DNA from: Callorhinchus milii
Lineage: Eukaryota
Length of the DNA stretch: 64,000 nucleotides
Assembly (NCBI RefSeq): GCF_018977255.1
Contig: NW_024704742.1
Location: forward strand, 3,660,001-3,724,000
Reading direction: 5' to 3'
This document shows positions 50,101-63,079 of the stretch, one piece after another. The notes below the pieces were generated by a model. That model did no database searches. It worked only from the letters and a program-made list of their open reading frames with translations, and was not told the origin of the DNA. How positions within the stretch are numbered: position 1 is the stretch's first letter; the number at the start of each line of letters is the position of its first letter. The position numbers were made by a program, and so were the translations under genes.

Positions 50101-50859
50101 GTCAGAAGCACCAAGAATGTTTTTGATCGATATCGTTGAGGTCCTCAGATTTCTGACATTTCTGCGCTACATTTTAAACCGGACAGTTGTGTGCTTTGCT
50201 GATGAGTACACAAAGACTAAGGACGCCCTGTTGCTCCAGACAGACACAACTGTTTCTCATTGGGGGCATTCCATCTCAAAAAAGGAATGGGGCTTATGGC
50301 TTACTTGCAATTTGAGATCCATTGTCCTGCTGTGCTGGTCACCGAGTGGAAAAGAACAGGTGCACTGATGTTTGAACAAGACTTTTTAAAATAAAAATTA
50401 CCTCGTTGGCGCCAAGGCAGCGTAGCGGTAATACTGAAATACATTCCCCCTCGTTTAACCTACCACCCTTCCTACGTTATCCTGGCTTTAACCCTGCAAA
50501 CCAAAGCACTAACATGTAGGGTGGTCCTAGCTGGACAAGCAGCGGGAAGGTTTGCCGGACAGCAATAATCGATGGCAAGCTATGCGTTTTTTTTACACAA
50601 TATTCTTCATCTCCCAGGACAACCTAAAATGAATGTCAAACTTATTTCCTGCCTCCCTTTCTCTCTTCCCATCGTCCTCCAAAACAGCCATCAGCTGTTT
50701 TCTAGCTGAAGGCGGAGGGTCAGAGCAGTGCTGAACTTGGCGGTTACTCATTGCACACTATGGCAAAACAGTGCGAGGCAGCAGCAAACGCGGCACACGG
50801 GGATGCTGGGCTATATTGTTAAACCAATTGAGTTTCGAATTCCAATTGAACATTTCTTA

Positions 50860-51298
50860 TCTGGGGGATTTGTTGGTTAGGACACCCGGAGAAATTCCCT
50901 CCTCTTTTCGGATTGTGCTATTGGATCTTTAGCATCCATTTGAACAGGCAGACAGGCGCTCGCCTTTACATCTCATCCGAAGGACGGAAACTCTGACAAC
51001 AGCAAACGGCGACACCCACAACACCAACCGCTTTCATATACCCTGTTTATAGCGCCTTTAGCTCGCTAGCGTCTCGGAGCATTGACGATCCATTGGAGTT
51101 GCAGCTTTGACCAGCAGGAAACTTTATAATAAATAATCCTGCATCTGATTTAGTGACTTAAAGTTGTCAAAATGAGACGCGTTTCAAACCGTCACAAGGT
51201 TTACTGTAGAGTGTACCGTTGGCTTGAAGTCCCAATGTGGTGCTCAATTCCACAACCTTCTGACTCCGAGGCGCGAGTGCTACCAACTGAGCCAGGCT
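50860..51298 (-). mobile_element. Fragments of an older SacSINE1-like DeuSINE (head at 51230-51298, body at 50860-51000)
   Basis: ggctcagttggtagcactcgcgcctcggagtcagaaggttgtgg head and gtccttcggatgagatgtaaa body. Confidence 0.7.
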
Positions 51299-52190
51299 GA
51301 TACAATTACTGCAATACTGTGCTATTGTGCAATAGATGTGATCCATTAAGCTTTTCACAACTGTGATCAGCCGAAACTTTATTAAAACCACATTTAACAT
51401 TTTCGGAAATGTGGGCAAAAGAAATGATGCTGCGAAATTTTTAACATAGTTTCAAAATCTCCCCCTTCCCCTTAACTCCCTTTTAATGCCACAGTTGGAA
51501 GCGGCGCTTAACTTGTTCCATTACTTAGCAAAACAGCCCAATTACTGTATAATGTGTTTCCATTCTTTAAGCTGCTTTAGCTCTTTGACGGTACCCAGCA
51601 GAGTACAAAGTAGTCAGCCTGCGCAGGGCGGCACGCACGCAGAGCAAACATTCAGACGGTAAACAGCAATACGCAAAGCGTACGGAGGCTGCACCGTTGA
51701 TTCAAGCATCTCTTCGCAGTCCATTACTCGACACAGAACCTATAAAAAGTGAACTCTAGTAATCACGTAACGGGAGATCAGCCTGATAATAATCCAGGTG
51801 TGACAAATGCCCAAGGCAGAAAAGACCTCCAAAGTCCAGTCCTCCGTGATATAAATCCCCAATAAACAAGGCCCCGGAGGCACACGCTGCTTCAAACAAT
51901 AGCTGGTTCAATGTTGCCAGTTATCCCCCACACAGTGAAGTCCGTCAGCTCATCAAATAAAAATGTTTATTTTTCGGCAGTATTTCAGTTACCGATAAAC
52001 AAGTACCGATGAGAGTGTCGTAAAGCTTCAATTTACTCAACAGGATCGTGTTTTTAATTGACTCCGAACACAAGGACCCGCTCGTAAGGAAAGCAATGAC
52101 TTTGCGGACATGGAAACGATAAGGCCATATTATGGATGTACTGAGTTCAGTCATGGATAGTCCTTCCTCAATTGAACAAAAAATGTCAGT

Positions 52191-52520
52191 CTGGGTTCGA
52201 TTCCCGGTCGGGGCGAAATGTTGGGCAAGTTTCCTTACTCCACACGCCTCTGTTTACCCAGCAGTAAGTAGAAACCCGGTTGTTAGTCGATTGGCGGATT
52301 GCTTTTCTGGGTGTAATAATCCCTTAAAAAAAAATTGGTCACTCAATCCACGACTGATTGTGGGGACGCTGCTGTGCACAATTGGCTGCCGTGTTTCGCC
52401 CAGAAAATACACAGTCAATTCACTTTACAGTATATTCTGTGAAGTGCTTTGAGACGTCTCGAAGACGTGATCAGGCGCTATGTCAAATGGAAGGATTATT
52501 ATTATTATTATTGTTATTAT
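52191..52520 (+). mobile_element. Deu-domain SINE, subfamily B
   Basis: From the B-box gggttcgattccc to the tail. Confidence 0.9.
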
Positions 52521-52987
52521 CTTGTACTTGCCTACAATTCCTACCCGAGTACCGACCCTCGCACCTTCGCTTAAGATGCAGCAACTCACTTCTTTGTTGC
52601 ACGGCCAAATGAAAAAAAATGCTAAGCTGCCGTTTACCAAGATCTGCCAACTTTATCATAACAAAAGCATTTTGAACTTTAGAACGCAGCAATTAACTTT
52701 TACTGCTGCTTTAGATTTCACACAGCAAGCGTTGAATCCCAAACCTGTGAGCTGCAGCCAAGTTATGTGGAACTCCACATGCAATGCAAAGAGAGCAGCA
52801 ATTGAAGCTTTGTGCAAACCGGAGGGTGGTGGTGGTGATGGTGGTGGTGAAGGGGAGGCAAAGTGGGGGAAGAAGCAGACTGATAAAGCCAACTTCAAGA
52901 CCCAAGTATCTGCACTGTTCCTGAGGACGTCAGATAAGCTGGAACCAGCTTATCGGTACTCGGGTAGAAATTGCAGGCCAGCACAAG

Positions 52988-53104
52988 ATATAATAATAAT
53001 AATCCTTGCATTTGATAGAGCGCCTTATCACGTCTTCGAGACGTCTCAAAGCGCTTCGCAGAATACACTGTAAAGTGAACTGACTATGTTTTGTGGGCGA
53101 AAAG
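52988..53104 (-). mobile_element. SINE 3' fragment, inverted relative to 52191-52520
   Basis: TCGAA-loop tail and (TTA)n. Confidence 0.85.
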
Positions 53105-53450
53105 CTGCAGGAAGTACGAAGAGTCCGGGAGGGTTTACTGAATGTGGAGACTCGATTTGAAAAGGATTCTTGGCCAAAGTGAATGATCCAAATTGAAAAA
53201 TGACTAAAGTGTTTCCACGGCGTAGGTCATCAATGTAATAAAACACTTTGCAAACATGCCAGCCAAGATCTGGTGGGCTCAACTTTCTCCGGCTGCATTG
53301 CAACACAAGGTCCAATATATCCGGGGGCTCAATCCCTCAGCTTCAGCAAGTGTGCTATTCATAGTCAAAGGTTTATTTTCCAAAAAAGGATAAACTATCC
53401 TCAGCACCAGTTTATTCTGCAACACTGAGCAAACCTCTGCTATAATAATA

Positions 53451-53615
53451 ATTTGGTCACTCGATCCACGACTGTTTGTGGGACGCAATCGGCTGCCATG
53501 TTTCACCCACAAAATATACAGTCAAATTCACTTTACGGTATATTCTGTGAAGCGCTTTGAGATGTCTCAAAGACATGATTATGCGCTATATCAAATGCAA
53601 GGATTATTATTCTTA
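53451..53615 (+). mobile_element. SINE 3' half
   Basis: Deu core and tail. Confidence 0.85.
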
Positions 53616-54439
53616 TCTCCCAGGCTGAAGGGAGACAAAAGCAAGTGAAAAGGGGTCTGTTTATCCGGCTACTTATTTACCACATTTTGGGTAAAGGTAA
53701 CCAAGGCTCTGGGTTCCACTTGATCACTATGTTCTCGTTCTCTGGAACTCTCGCCTGAAATTCCATCCCCTCGTTCCTGCTCTCTCTGCCTTCAAAACCC
53801 TTTCGGAAAACATTTCACAACAATGCTTTAGGCCAGCAACCTTTCAAATCTTCCTGCTTTCTTCTCTGCACAGCCCTTCTCAACCTTTCAAAGGCGTGCA
53901 ATCCTACACGAAAGCCGCTAAAAGAAAAATACACAATTTGTAAAGGTAATTTCTCCCGTCCCCTTCCAAAATTCCTCCTCGAAGGGTTGGGACGGTCGGA
54001 GTGGTTTGCTTTGGATGCCCTCCCAATCTGGGAGGCTGTGGATGGAGCCCAAGTGAGAATGAAAACGAAATCAGTTCAAAAAGTTGGCAGTTCCCAAACA
54101 AAAAAAAAAAGCGAACTGGAAACCGTCCAAACACATGGAGACAAAATAAGGACGGAAATAGCGGAAAGAAAGGGTCACCAGCTTCTCACCAAAGGAAAAT
54201 CAGGCTACTTGCTGTGTGGCAACAGAAACAGAGTTTGTGTCAAGGCATCCCAACAGTGAGCTGTACAGTTTCACCACTCTTAGACTGCTTTGCATCCCAG
54301 CATTCAACTGATTCTCTATTATTTTTGATCAAAATATATATTATTATCAATATTCCTCTTCTCCCTCCCCCCCCCCCTATTTATTACTGCTGTTACGATT
54401 TCAAGATCCCATTCCATCCACCCACTTCTCCTCTCCCTC

Positions 54440-54785
54440 TCTCACTCCTGAGTCAGAAGGTTGTGGTTTCAAGCCTACGTCAGGTCTTGGAATTCATGTC
54501 GTCTGGGCTGACACTCCAATGCAGTTTGGGGGGAGGGGGTGGGTGGGTGGGGGGAGGTGAAGTGTAATTGGGGTTCTGTCTGCCTGTTCGGGTGAATGTT
54601 AAAAGACCCCATGGTACGATTCAAAAAGAGAAGGGAGATTACCCTGGTGTCCTGGCCAACAATTTTCCCAAATAAAAATTGGTTAATCAGCTCGTGGCTG
54701 TTTGTGGGACATTGCTGTGTGCAAATTTAGTGCCTGTGTTTGCCCTCAAAACGCACAATGTATCCTGTGAAACGCTCTGGGATAT
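54440..54785 (+). mobile_element. Older SacSINE1-like DeuSINE
   Basis: ctgagtcagaaggttgtggtttcaagcc...ggctgacactcc...tgttaaaagaccccatgg...cctggtgtcctggccaac followed by the Deu core. Confidence 0.75.
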
Positions 54786-54834
54786 ACTCCTGCCATTGTA
54801 AGATAAGTGCACTCTGTCTCCTGGTTATCTCAAG

Positions 54835-55095
54835 AACGTAAGAAATGATAGACGAAAGAAATAGACCAAGCTCCATCTAGTTCGCCTTCCACCTTCCTGG
54901 CGTTCGCTTGCATACACTGGCTGTATATAGTATCCCATGATGTTATTTCCTAAAAGAAAACTATCTAATCTCTGTTTGAAGGAATCAACACTTCCTGCTT
55001 CAAACGTCTCCCGAGGGAGCCTGTTCCACAGGTTTACTATTCGCTCACTGAAATAATGTTTCCATAGATTTGTTCTGAATTTACCCCCTTCAATC
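54835..55095 (-). mobile_element. CR1-type LINE 3' fragment (related copy at about 59915-60150)
   Basis: Both copies share ccaag.tccatctagttcgc.ttccacc and gggagcctg.tcca. Confidence 0.65.
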
Positions 55096-58000
55096 TTGGT
55101 TTATGTTTCTCTCCTTATCCAAATTCCACCTCCCTCCCCATCCATTCACATTAATTGGCTGCTCTCTCAGAACATTGCTGGTACAGATTAGCTTCTGCAT
55201 ATGCCCATTTCACATTGACTTTACTTCAAATTAACTGTATGTTGTAAAACCCTTCAAGATCTTTATTTTTTTGGAACACAAAAGGAACTATTCAAACTCC
55301 AGTTGTTATCTTAAGGCATATTTCATGGATTTTATTAATGACAAATGGTGGATGCATTTGAGCAGTGCAATATGACTCAACAAAATCGTTAACATCACAA
55401 AATAATTAGACATTCAGACAACTACACCACAGCTCAAATTACCGGGATTCTGCAGGAAGACAAGAGAAAGATTACAATTGAAAAGTCATGCATAAGACCG
55501 ACAAAACAAACAGGCATGTGGTATGGTCATCAAAACTATAAACCATGTCCTTGAAATTCACATTGCTTTAATTGCACTCCAGAGACAACTTAAAAAGGTT
55601 GGGTCCAACATACTCTAGACAGGAAGGAACCAGGAGGTGTCGAGATGAGGTTAGTTCCACTCGCACAGCATCATTCAGTCCACCAAAGCATTCTAACAAG
55701 GGTTTACTCGAATGGAAATCGGCAGCTGATTGCAATGAGACCAAGCAGAACCCAAACAAGCCTCTGGGTTAGCAGAGGTGGAAGAGAAACCATACTGGAA
55801 ATCCAACACAAAACACATAGCAATTTGAGAGAAGAGTAAGGCAAGGTTAATGTTTCAAGAGGGAGCTTGCGTCAGTACGGATGACCTCCTTGACTAGAAT
55901 AAGGATTAAAATCAAAATCTGCATTTTGTACGTATGCAAAATGTCACAGCCAAAGATGTAGGAATCCCAGTTTCACAAAGTCACTTATAAACGAATTCTA
56001 AGCTGGATCTGACCTCGGAATCTCCAAGTTATTGGTTTAAAGAATTGATAGAAGCAGAGAAGCAGATCCTGTCTCAGAGGAGAAGTCAACCGAGCACTGT
56101 GATGGAGGCGGTGGTGCGGGGAGAAGAAGGAAAGAAATGAGAAGTAGTGGCCAATGCTGGAGAATTCACCTGCAAGAGTTTACTGCTTTCATTCAACGTC
56201 TGTTGCCAAAATGCCCAGCAATCCTTGTGGTCTTTGTAAAGTGCTTTGAGATACAGTGTAATCCTACAGATATAAGTGCAAGTTGTAGTCAGTCCCAGGC
56301 TTCTTCCAATGCTGCTCTAGAACTGGCCATTTGAAGGGACTCAATAAACTTGCACAATAAGAATTGTGGACATGGATCTACATCCAGACAATCTACAATG
56401 CACTACTGGAGCCTACAGTACATTATTCATTATATCCTCATACTTCAACAAATTTCCACTCATTAGTAATGAAATAATTACTAATGGCAATTTTTTTTAT
56501 ATGAAGTCATATATTCCGAACTGCCCAGGAGGTTTTAGTCGGCTTAGCGGCAAGAGATGGAAACTCGAAATCCACAAGGGTTTAAACTTTCCTTGCTTTA
56601 CTTAATCAAGTGAGTCACCAAATGTTAGCGAGGTGATGTGATGTTACTGACAATACCACGAGCATTCCTATGCAAGTCCTCCAGGCGACAGAGCTAACCC
56701 CTGGCAAAGTGGCAAGTCAAAGAAACATAATACGGCGCAAACTGACACTTTGGGACTGTGTTTTAACATGCGCAACTGATGCTGAAACACCTCTGGATTA
56801 GTGACACTCTAGACTGAGGTTCATTTGGTTCCTTCCTACAAAGCAAATTCAGTACGCACCTCTGACATCAGCTCCAACCATTCAACACAATAGAAATGGC
56901 ACACACACACAAAAAAAAATGCTATGCGTCTTGCTTATTCACAACCACCTGCTTTCTAAAAGGGATCTGGATGGCACAATTCCCTTTAAAAGTATGTGAA
57001 ATAGCACCGAGAAACTTGGCGTGGATGTGCGAGAGTTCAATAGCAACAACCTGCACTGATATAATGCCCCTCACACAGGATGAACTATTCTACGTGCCTC
57101 ACAGTGATGATGGGGAATGGGACGACAATTACTTGGTAGGGACAGGGGGAGTGTGAGGCTATTGACCTAAAGCAAGGTCAAAGGGAGAGGTTTTCAAGGA
57201 GCTAGGCCAGAACATGATGGCTGACTGGCAGGAGTATACGTAAGAGTATAACAAAGCATGGTGCAACAGAAAGCAAACTAATCATCTTATCCAACCTAGC
57301 ACCGGAGGTGGGTGGGTGGGGGCTCTGTGCAGCTGCCTCCCAACGTCCCTCCACCTTCCTTCCTCCTTCCACACTTTCAAACACCTTGCAAACGACCTCT
57401 TCAATCAAACGTCCACGCATTTATCCCCAACCCACTCTCCCCACATGGTTTGGCTTTCCTCACTGTACCCCATAAAGCACTTTGAGACATTATCCTATGT
57501 GAAGGGCATTATATCGATGCAAGTTGTTGTTGCTGCTGCAGTACTAAGGGGAAAATGGGTTGGAAAAAGAACTGAACTTGAACCAACTACAGATAGCATT
57601 CCTATCTAAACTGGAACACATGCTCCATAGAATATTAATCATCTATCTACACATAGCCTCCTTCAATGCCTTTTAGAAATGGATTTCCGTCCAGCTTTTT
57701 ATAAAACAAGACACCAAGACAGTAAAGGACACTTCTTGGCAATCTGTGCTATGCGTCTGCCATGTCGTGCATCGATGGCAGGTAGTACCTTCAAACGTTA
57801 GTCTCATTCAAAGGCAGAAAAGCTTTACATTCAGTCCTCAAATCTCTTCAGACCCAAACCCTCCCACATTCATTCCTGTTTGCATTTCAGTTCCAGTTGA
57901 TGCACTTTGAGTTATCTCAATGATGTGATAAGGCGCTATATCAAGCGCAAGGATTATTATTGGCATTATTATTAATGGAATGTTTCTAGTAATTCTAATA

Positions 58001-60587
58001 ATCCTCCCCACCCCCAAAAAAAAAAAAATTCTCCTTAAATGCACAATAAAAAAGGGATCAGTTTCAAATTGCTGTATAAAAATGGCCTGAGGACACATCA
58101 CGGCAATTGACAATGATTATCCAGTGAGACTTGCAACGCTGGGAATTTCCAGGAAACAGCAAGAAGAAAAAGAGTACATTTGACAGGGAATGACCGGGAA
58201 AGTTTGATGCTGGTAAAAAAAAAAGATTCGTGCAATTTAACCGCACAGCGCAACAGTGAATCAACAACACAAGGTAAATAATCGCTCAGTAATTACCGGT
58301 AACAGTGTTAGAGATGGAGAGAAAGGAAAAAGTCAAAGAGAAAGTTGGAGCGAGAAAATATCATTGTTAATAATAATCTTTACATTTCATATTGTGCCTT
58401 TCACATCTAAGAGCAATTTACAGGATATTTAAAGTGTCGTTACTGTATGTTTTTGTGGGCAGTACGAGAGAGAGAGACAGAAAGAAAAGACCAAAGGGGG
58501 GGGTAAATGATCCGCATGGTTTCCATATCCACAAAGGTGCTGATCCTCCTTAGCTCCTGTTCATGCTGTGAGCCAAAGTCCTAACAGCTGGACAAAACAA
58601 CAGGAAGCCTTGGCAGGTAGTGCACTCTGCGGCAGGCAATGTGGTTTGAGCTAGTTAAACCCAACAACAACAACAACACAGCCTCTGGAGTCCACTTGCC
58701 CACCAATATATCAAAAAAATAGAATGGCCCCGAAGGTGTAGAAGCAAACGTGAGTTGGAAATGAAACTTGACGAAAAAATATCACCCGCATGCCATAAAA
58801 AGCACAGCGACGGCATTAGAATCTGCAGAAATGTATTTTCTTACTAAAACGCAAGAGTTTTGCAGGACCCGGTGCAGCCTTTTTCATTTGCTTCAAGAGA
58901 GCTCTGTTTAGCTGCAGCTTCAACGCAACTGCGCAACATTGAAAACTGCAGAAATAAGTAGACAAAACACTAACAATGAAACACTAACACAGGATGTCAA
59001 TCGCCCGGAAACCCCGTTCGGAAAGGTAGACGGAGCTGCAGAATCTCAGCGGGCAGGGGGTCGACTTCGGGCAGTTTCCCACAACACCGCAGCGCGCAGC
59101 TGAAAGGTTTGGCAAAGCAAACACCGGACGACGAGAATTACGACAACTTGCGCTTACATAGACGCCGCGAGTGGAGGTTTTCACCTTCACAGGAGAAGGC
59201 TGCGCTGAGGTCAGCCTGCAAGACTGGGCAGAGCGCCCGCGTGTGAACAAGCAGGGCTCGCGGAATAGCATGATATCACGGCACAAGCCGTCTGTTGAAA
59301 CATCTCTGAAGCCTCGATAGCTCAAGTGGGCCTGAGTTAAGAAGCAAAGAGGGGCAGAAAATCGTTCAAAAATAAGGCGAGTGGCATCAAACGCAAAGAT
59401 AATGATATAATAATCCCTGCATTTGATATAGCGCCATATCAAAGCACCTCGCAGAATACACTGTAAAGTGGATTGGCTGTGTATTTCGTGGCACAGTTGT
59501 GTGAAGCACTTTGAGATGTCTCGCTGACACGAATAGGTGTATATAAGTGTAAATTGTTGTTGGCTTGGACTACCCAGGTTGTGGCTTTCTAACCTCACTC
59601 CCAGATACCGATGGAAGCAACAAAAAAAAAGTAGATGAAATTATTGTAGTCGTTATTGCCTCATTAATGCACTGGACTGTGGCTAAACTGCTGCACTTTA
59701 TGACCATCGCGAATGCATAAGACAAGTGGCGTCAAATAGAAGATTTGAAGAGCCCTTTCGTATATTTGAGGATGCCTCATATTGATCATCGTCAGAAATG
59801 AAGACCGCAAGGTGGAACTTTATACGAAAGAGATGGGCAGAGGAAAAGGACACCAAAAAGGATTATTATTATTATAAACATCTGCTGCACTGTGACAAGC
59901 ACAGTTTGTCAGATGAGAACATAAGAATCCGCTGGCGAAAGAAAACCAAGGTCCATCTAGTTCGCTTTCCACCATCCTAGCTGTCGCTTTACATGTCGTG
60001 TCCTAAACTATACGCTGTAACCTAACCCGAGATATTATTTTCTAACAGAAATCTGTCTAATTTGCTCTCGAAACAAACAGTCCACAGTCTCCCTCGGGAG
60101 CCTGCTCCATACGTTTCCTCCTCGCTCAGTGATCTAGTGTTTCCACAGATACACGCAAGTATCAAGAGCAATTTGTCCACCCGATAAGATTATAAAAATA
60201 TGTGAAGATCACGACCAAGAAGTACACAAGTACCTCGACCATGTTTATCCTGTACTTAGAACAGCGCAACGTAGAGGGAGTCGTGCAATTATGGCGGGCT
60301 CACAGGAAAGTGAAGATTCAGAACTGATTTCCCAAGAGTTTCAGCTGGAAATAAAAACGATGCATACTTGGCGCGAAGAGTGAATGATGACTTGTTTAAC
60401 AAATAACGTGACCCAGAGCTAAGGCAGTAATCTGCACCAGATTGATGGAAGCTGGCTAACTGGAGCTTATTTGGAACATTTTTCACGCACATTCTTCGTA
60501 CACTTCATCTACAATCTGGAGCTGAAAGATTCCAACTCAGCTGTGCCCCAAATTGATTTGCTTTTCTCACATTCAAACCCTGGTTTG

Positions 60588-60762
60588 TCTGAAATAAAAA
60601 CAGAAGTCGCTGGGAACACTCGGCAGGTCGGGCAGCATCTGTGGCGCGAGGAAAGTGAGTTCACGTCAGGTCATGGACCCGAAACGTTAACTCGCTTTTC
60701 TCTCTCCATAGATGCTGCCCGACCTGCTGAGTGTTCCCAGCGACTTCTGTTTTTATTTCAGA
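60588..60762. repeat. Near-perfect palindrome, probably a Penelope-derived inverted repeat
   Basis: The outer 57-nt arms differ at only 2 positions, and pairing extends to about 78 nt. Resembles a palindromic repeat I recall as common in shark genomes. Confidence 0.85.
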
Positions 60763-63079
60763 TTTCCAGCATCCGTCGGATTTTGCCTGTGGTTTTTCTT
60801 TACGGCTCGGTTGTCTGAAGTACTGAACACATTGGTGGCTGGTGAATCTTTTTGTCTGGTGAGGCGATCTAGGAGTTTGCCTAAGCAAATTACTTCGTTC
60901 CCACAACAAAGGGCAACTTTGATCGCCGGTCTCACCTTCCCACTCTCACCCAGCCCTGCCCGCCCAGCCTCGCTTTCCCATGCTCTCGATAAGCCCTGCT
61001 GGTCTGACAATGCTCCATATATTGCTTCACCTGTCGAGCCGCCACTGAGTGAACACGTTCCTTGAAATGAAACTACACTAAATTTAGTACCTTGGACCTT
61101 GTGCTTGACTTTCTCCAGGCAAATACCGCATCTCGGAATGACAGGCATGCTCTATCAGACCGTGTTGACACAAGGCAGTGGCCAAAGTACATACGATTAT
61201 GTAGGTCACGTTCATCTCCTGACTGTTGATTCAGTGCTTTTGGCACGAGTATTAAAATAGCAAATCACAAGGTTCGAAGGCAGGACATCAGTCCGATTGA
61301 ATGCATCTCCCAAGACAGAAGATGAATGCTCGTGTTCACGTACACAGGGCCTTGGAGTGCAACAGGGTAGCTCCAGCGCAGTACATCAATGAGGCAACAC
61401 CAACAACCATAACAACCACAACAATTTATATTTACAGTGATGGGGATGGATGCCAAGAGGGAAAGGGAAGTGGCCCTTTGGTGCTGTCGAAGAGGTAGGC
61501 TTTAAAGCAGGGCTTGAAGACGGATAGAGAAGACTCGGGACACCTGGGGGCATGAGGCGAAGACAAGAATCATTTAGAAACTCAGAAGTCCCCAAGAGGG
61601 TAAAAGCAACGCTGGGCTACACAGAGTGGCCGTTCACAGGTTCAAATGACACTCATTTGGGGGAGATGGCCGTGGTGGTCTACAATTGGATAGAGGCAAA
61701 GGTCGGGGAAGAACTGAGACAACGTTGCAATAGGTTTCAGGGCAACTTTTTTTTTTCTTTCAGTTAATCCCCATCAAGCTGGTTGGATTCATTCACTGAT
61801 CATAGACCTATGCCTAATCACAACAACTTGCATTTATATATAGCGCCCTTCACGTGGGATAGCGTCTCGGAGCGCTCGACAGGGGCGATCGGCAAGGACT
61901 GGTGTGATGGGAGTGCGGAATTTTGTGCGGGTGAGAATCTGGGCGGCGGAGTCCTGAATTGGCTGTATTTTGAGTACTGTGGAGCTGGGGAGACCAGCAA
62001 GGAAGGAACACAAAGTAATCGAGCCAAGTAATACACAGGGTAGTCACAAGGCAGCTAACATCCTTATCCTGCAGCCCAATTAACATTATATCCTCATTTC
62101 CACCAAGCACTGCGTACTCAATGTACCAACGTTTCGTAACCAGCAATTGAATCCACGTGGGGATGTAAAGTGGAGCAGTTTAATCTGCTGGCAACAACAA
62201 CAACAACAACAAAAAAGACTAAATTAAATTGAGCAGAATTGTACCAGGGCAAAATAGCTGCAATGTGAACCAACAACGACAACGACTTGAGTTCAAACAG
62301 CGCCTTTCACGCACGGTAGCGTCCCAGAGCGCTTAGAGGAGACGAGGAAAGAAGTGGAGAAAAGAAAGGAGTTCTAGTCACCAATTCCTCAGCAACTCCA
62401 GTAACCTTCCTCTTACATAAGCAAGGACCTCAGTTACATGACAAGGGTCATGAACTCTCACAACCAAATAAGTGAGCCAACATCTTAATAGCTCTACAGA
62501 TACTGCTATTTCCAGTTTGGAAAGCAACAAATCAAGTGGGAAGCTATTAAATCTGTGGGTTTAAGAAAGTAATGCGGCAGGACCGGGGATTTCAATGTGT
62601 CCAACAAAATATTTTGTCGTAAATATTGCCTCGTTTAAGAACATCCAGATGTGAGCCAGTCAAAGTGGGATTAAATACGTTAAATTCCACTATGTACCAT
62701 TTAATAAACACTTGTCAGACGCAATGACTTGATGTCAAGGTCACAATTTCCCAAAGAGCAGAGATCGGACTGATATACTGGGAGTACAAGAGAGGTCAGA
62801 TCGGTTCAAACTGTGGATAAGTTGATTTATAAAATCAAAGCAGATTACTGAATACAAAACCAGTAAGGTTCAAATAGAAGGCTCGGGGGCGGTGGTGGGG
62901 CGGGGGTGTGGGTGGGGGGGGGGGGGGAGTTGTTTAAAATTATTAATTTTAAAACATTTTGCCAAGTGACAGCCGACATCCTGGGCAAATACAAGGGTAG
63001 GGGGGAAATCTAAAAATCTGATTTTGTAGTGCAAAATTGTAAATCAAGGAGAAATTGAGGATTTTTAAAAAAATATACA

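Noticed and set aside
58984..59598. 204-aa minus-strand ORF
   Set aside because: It runs through a SINE tail and GC-rich sequence and has no protein-like features.
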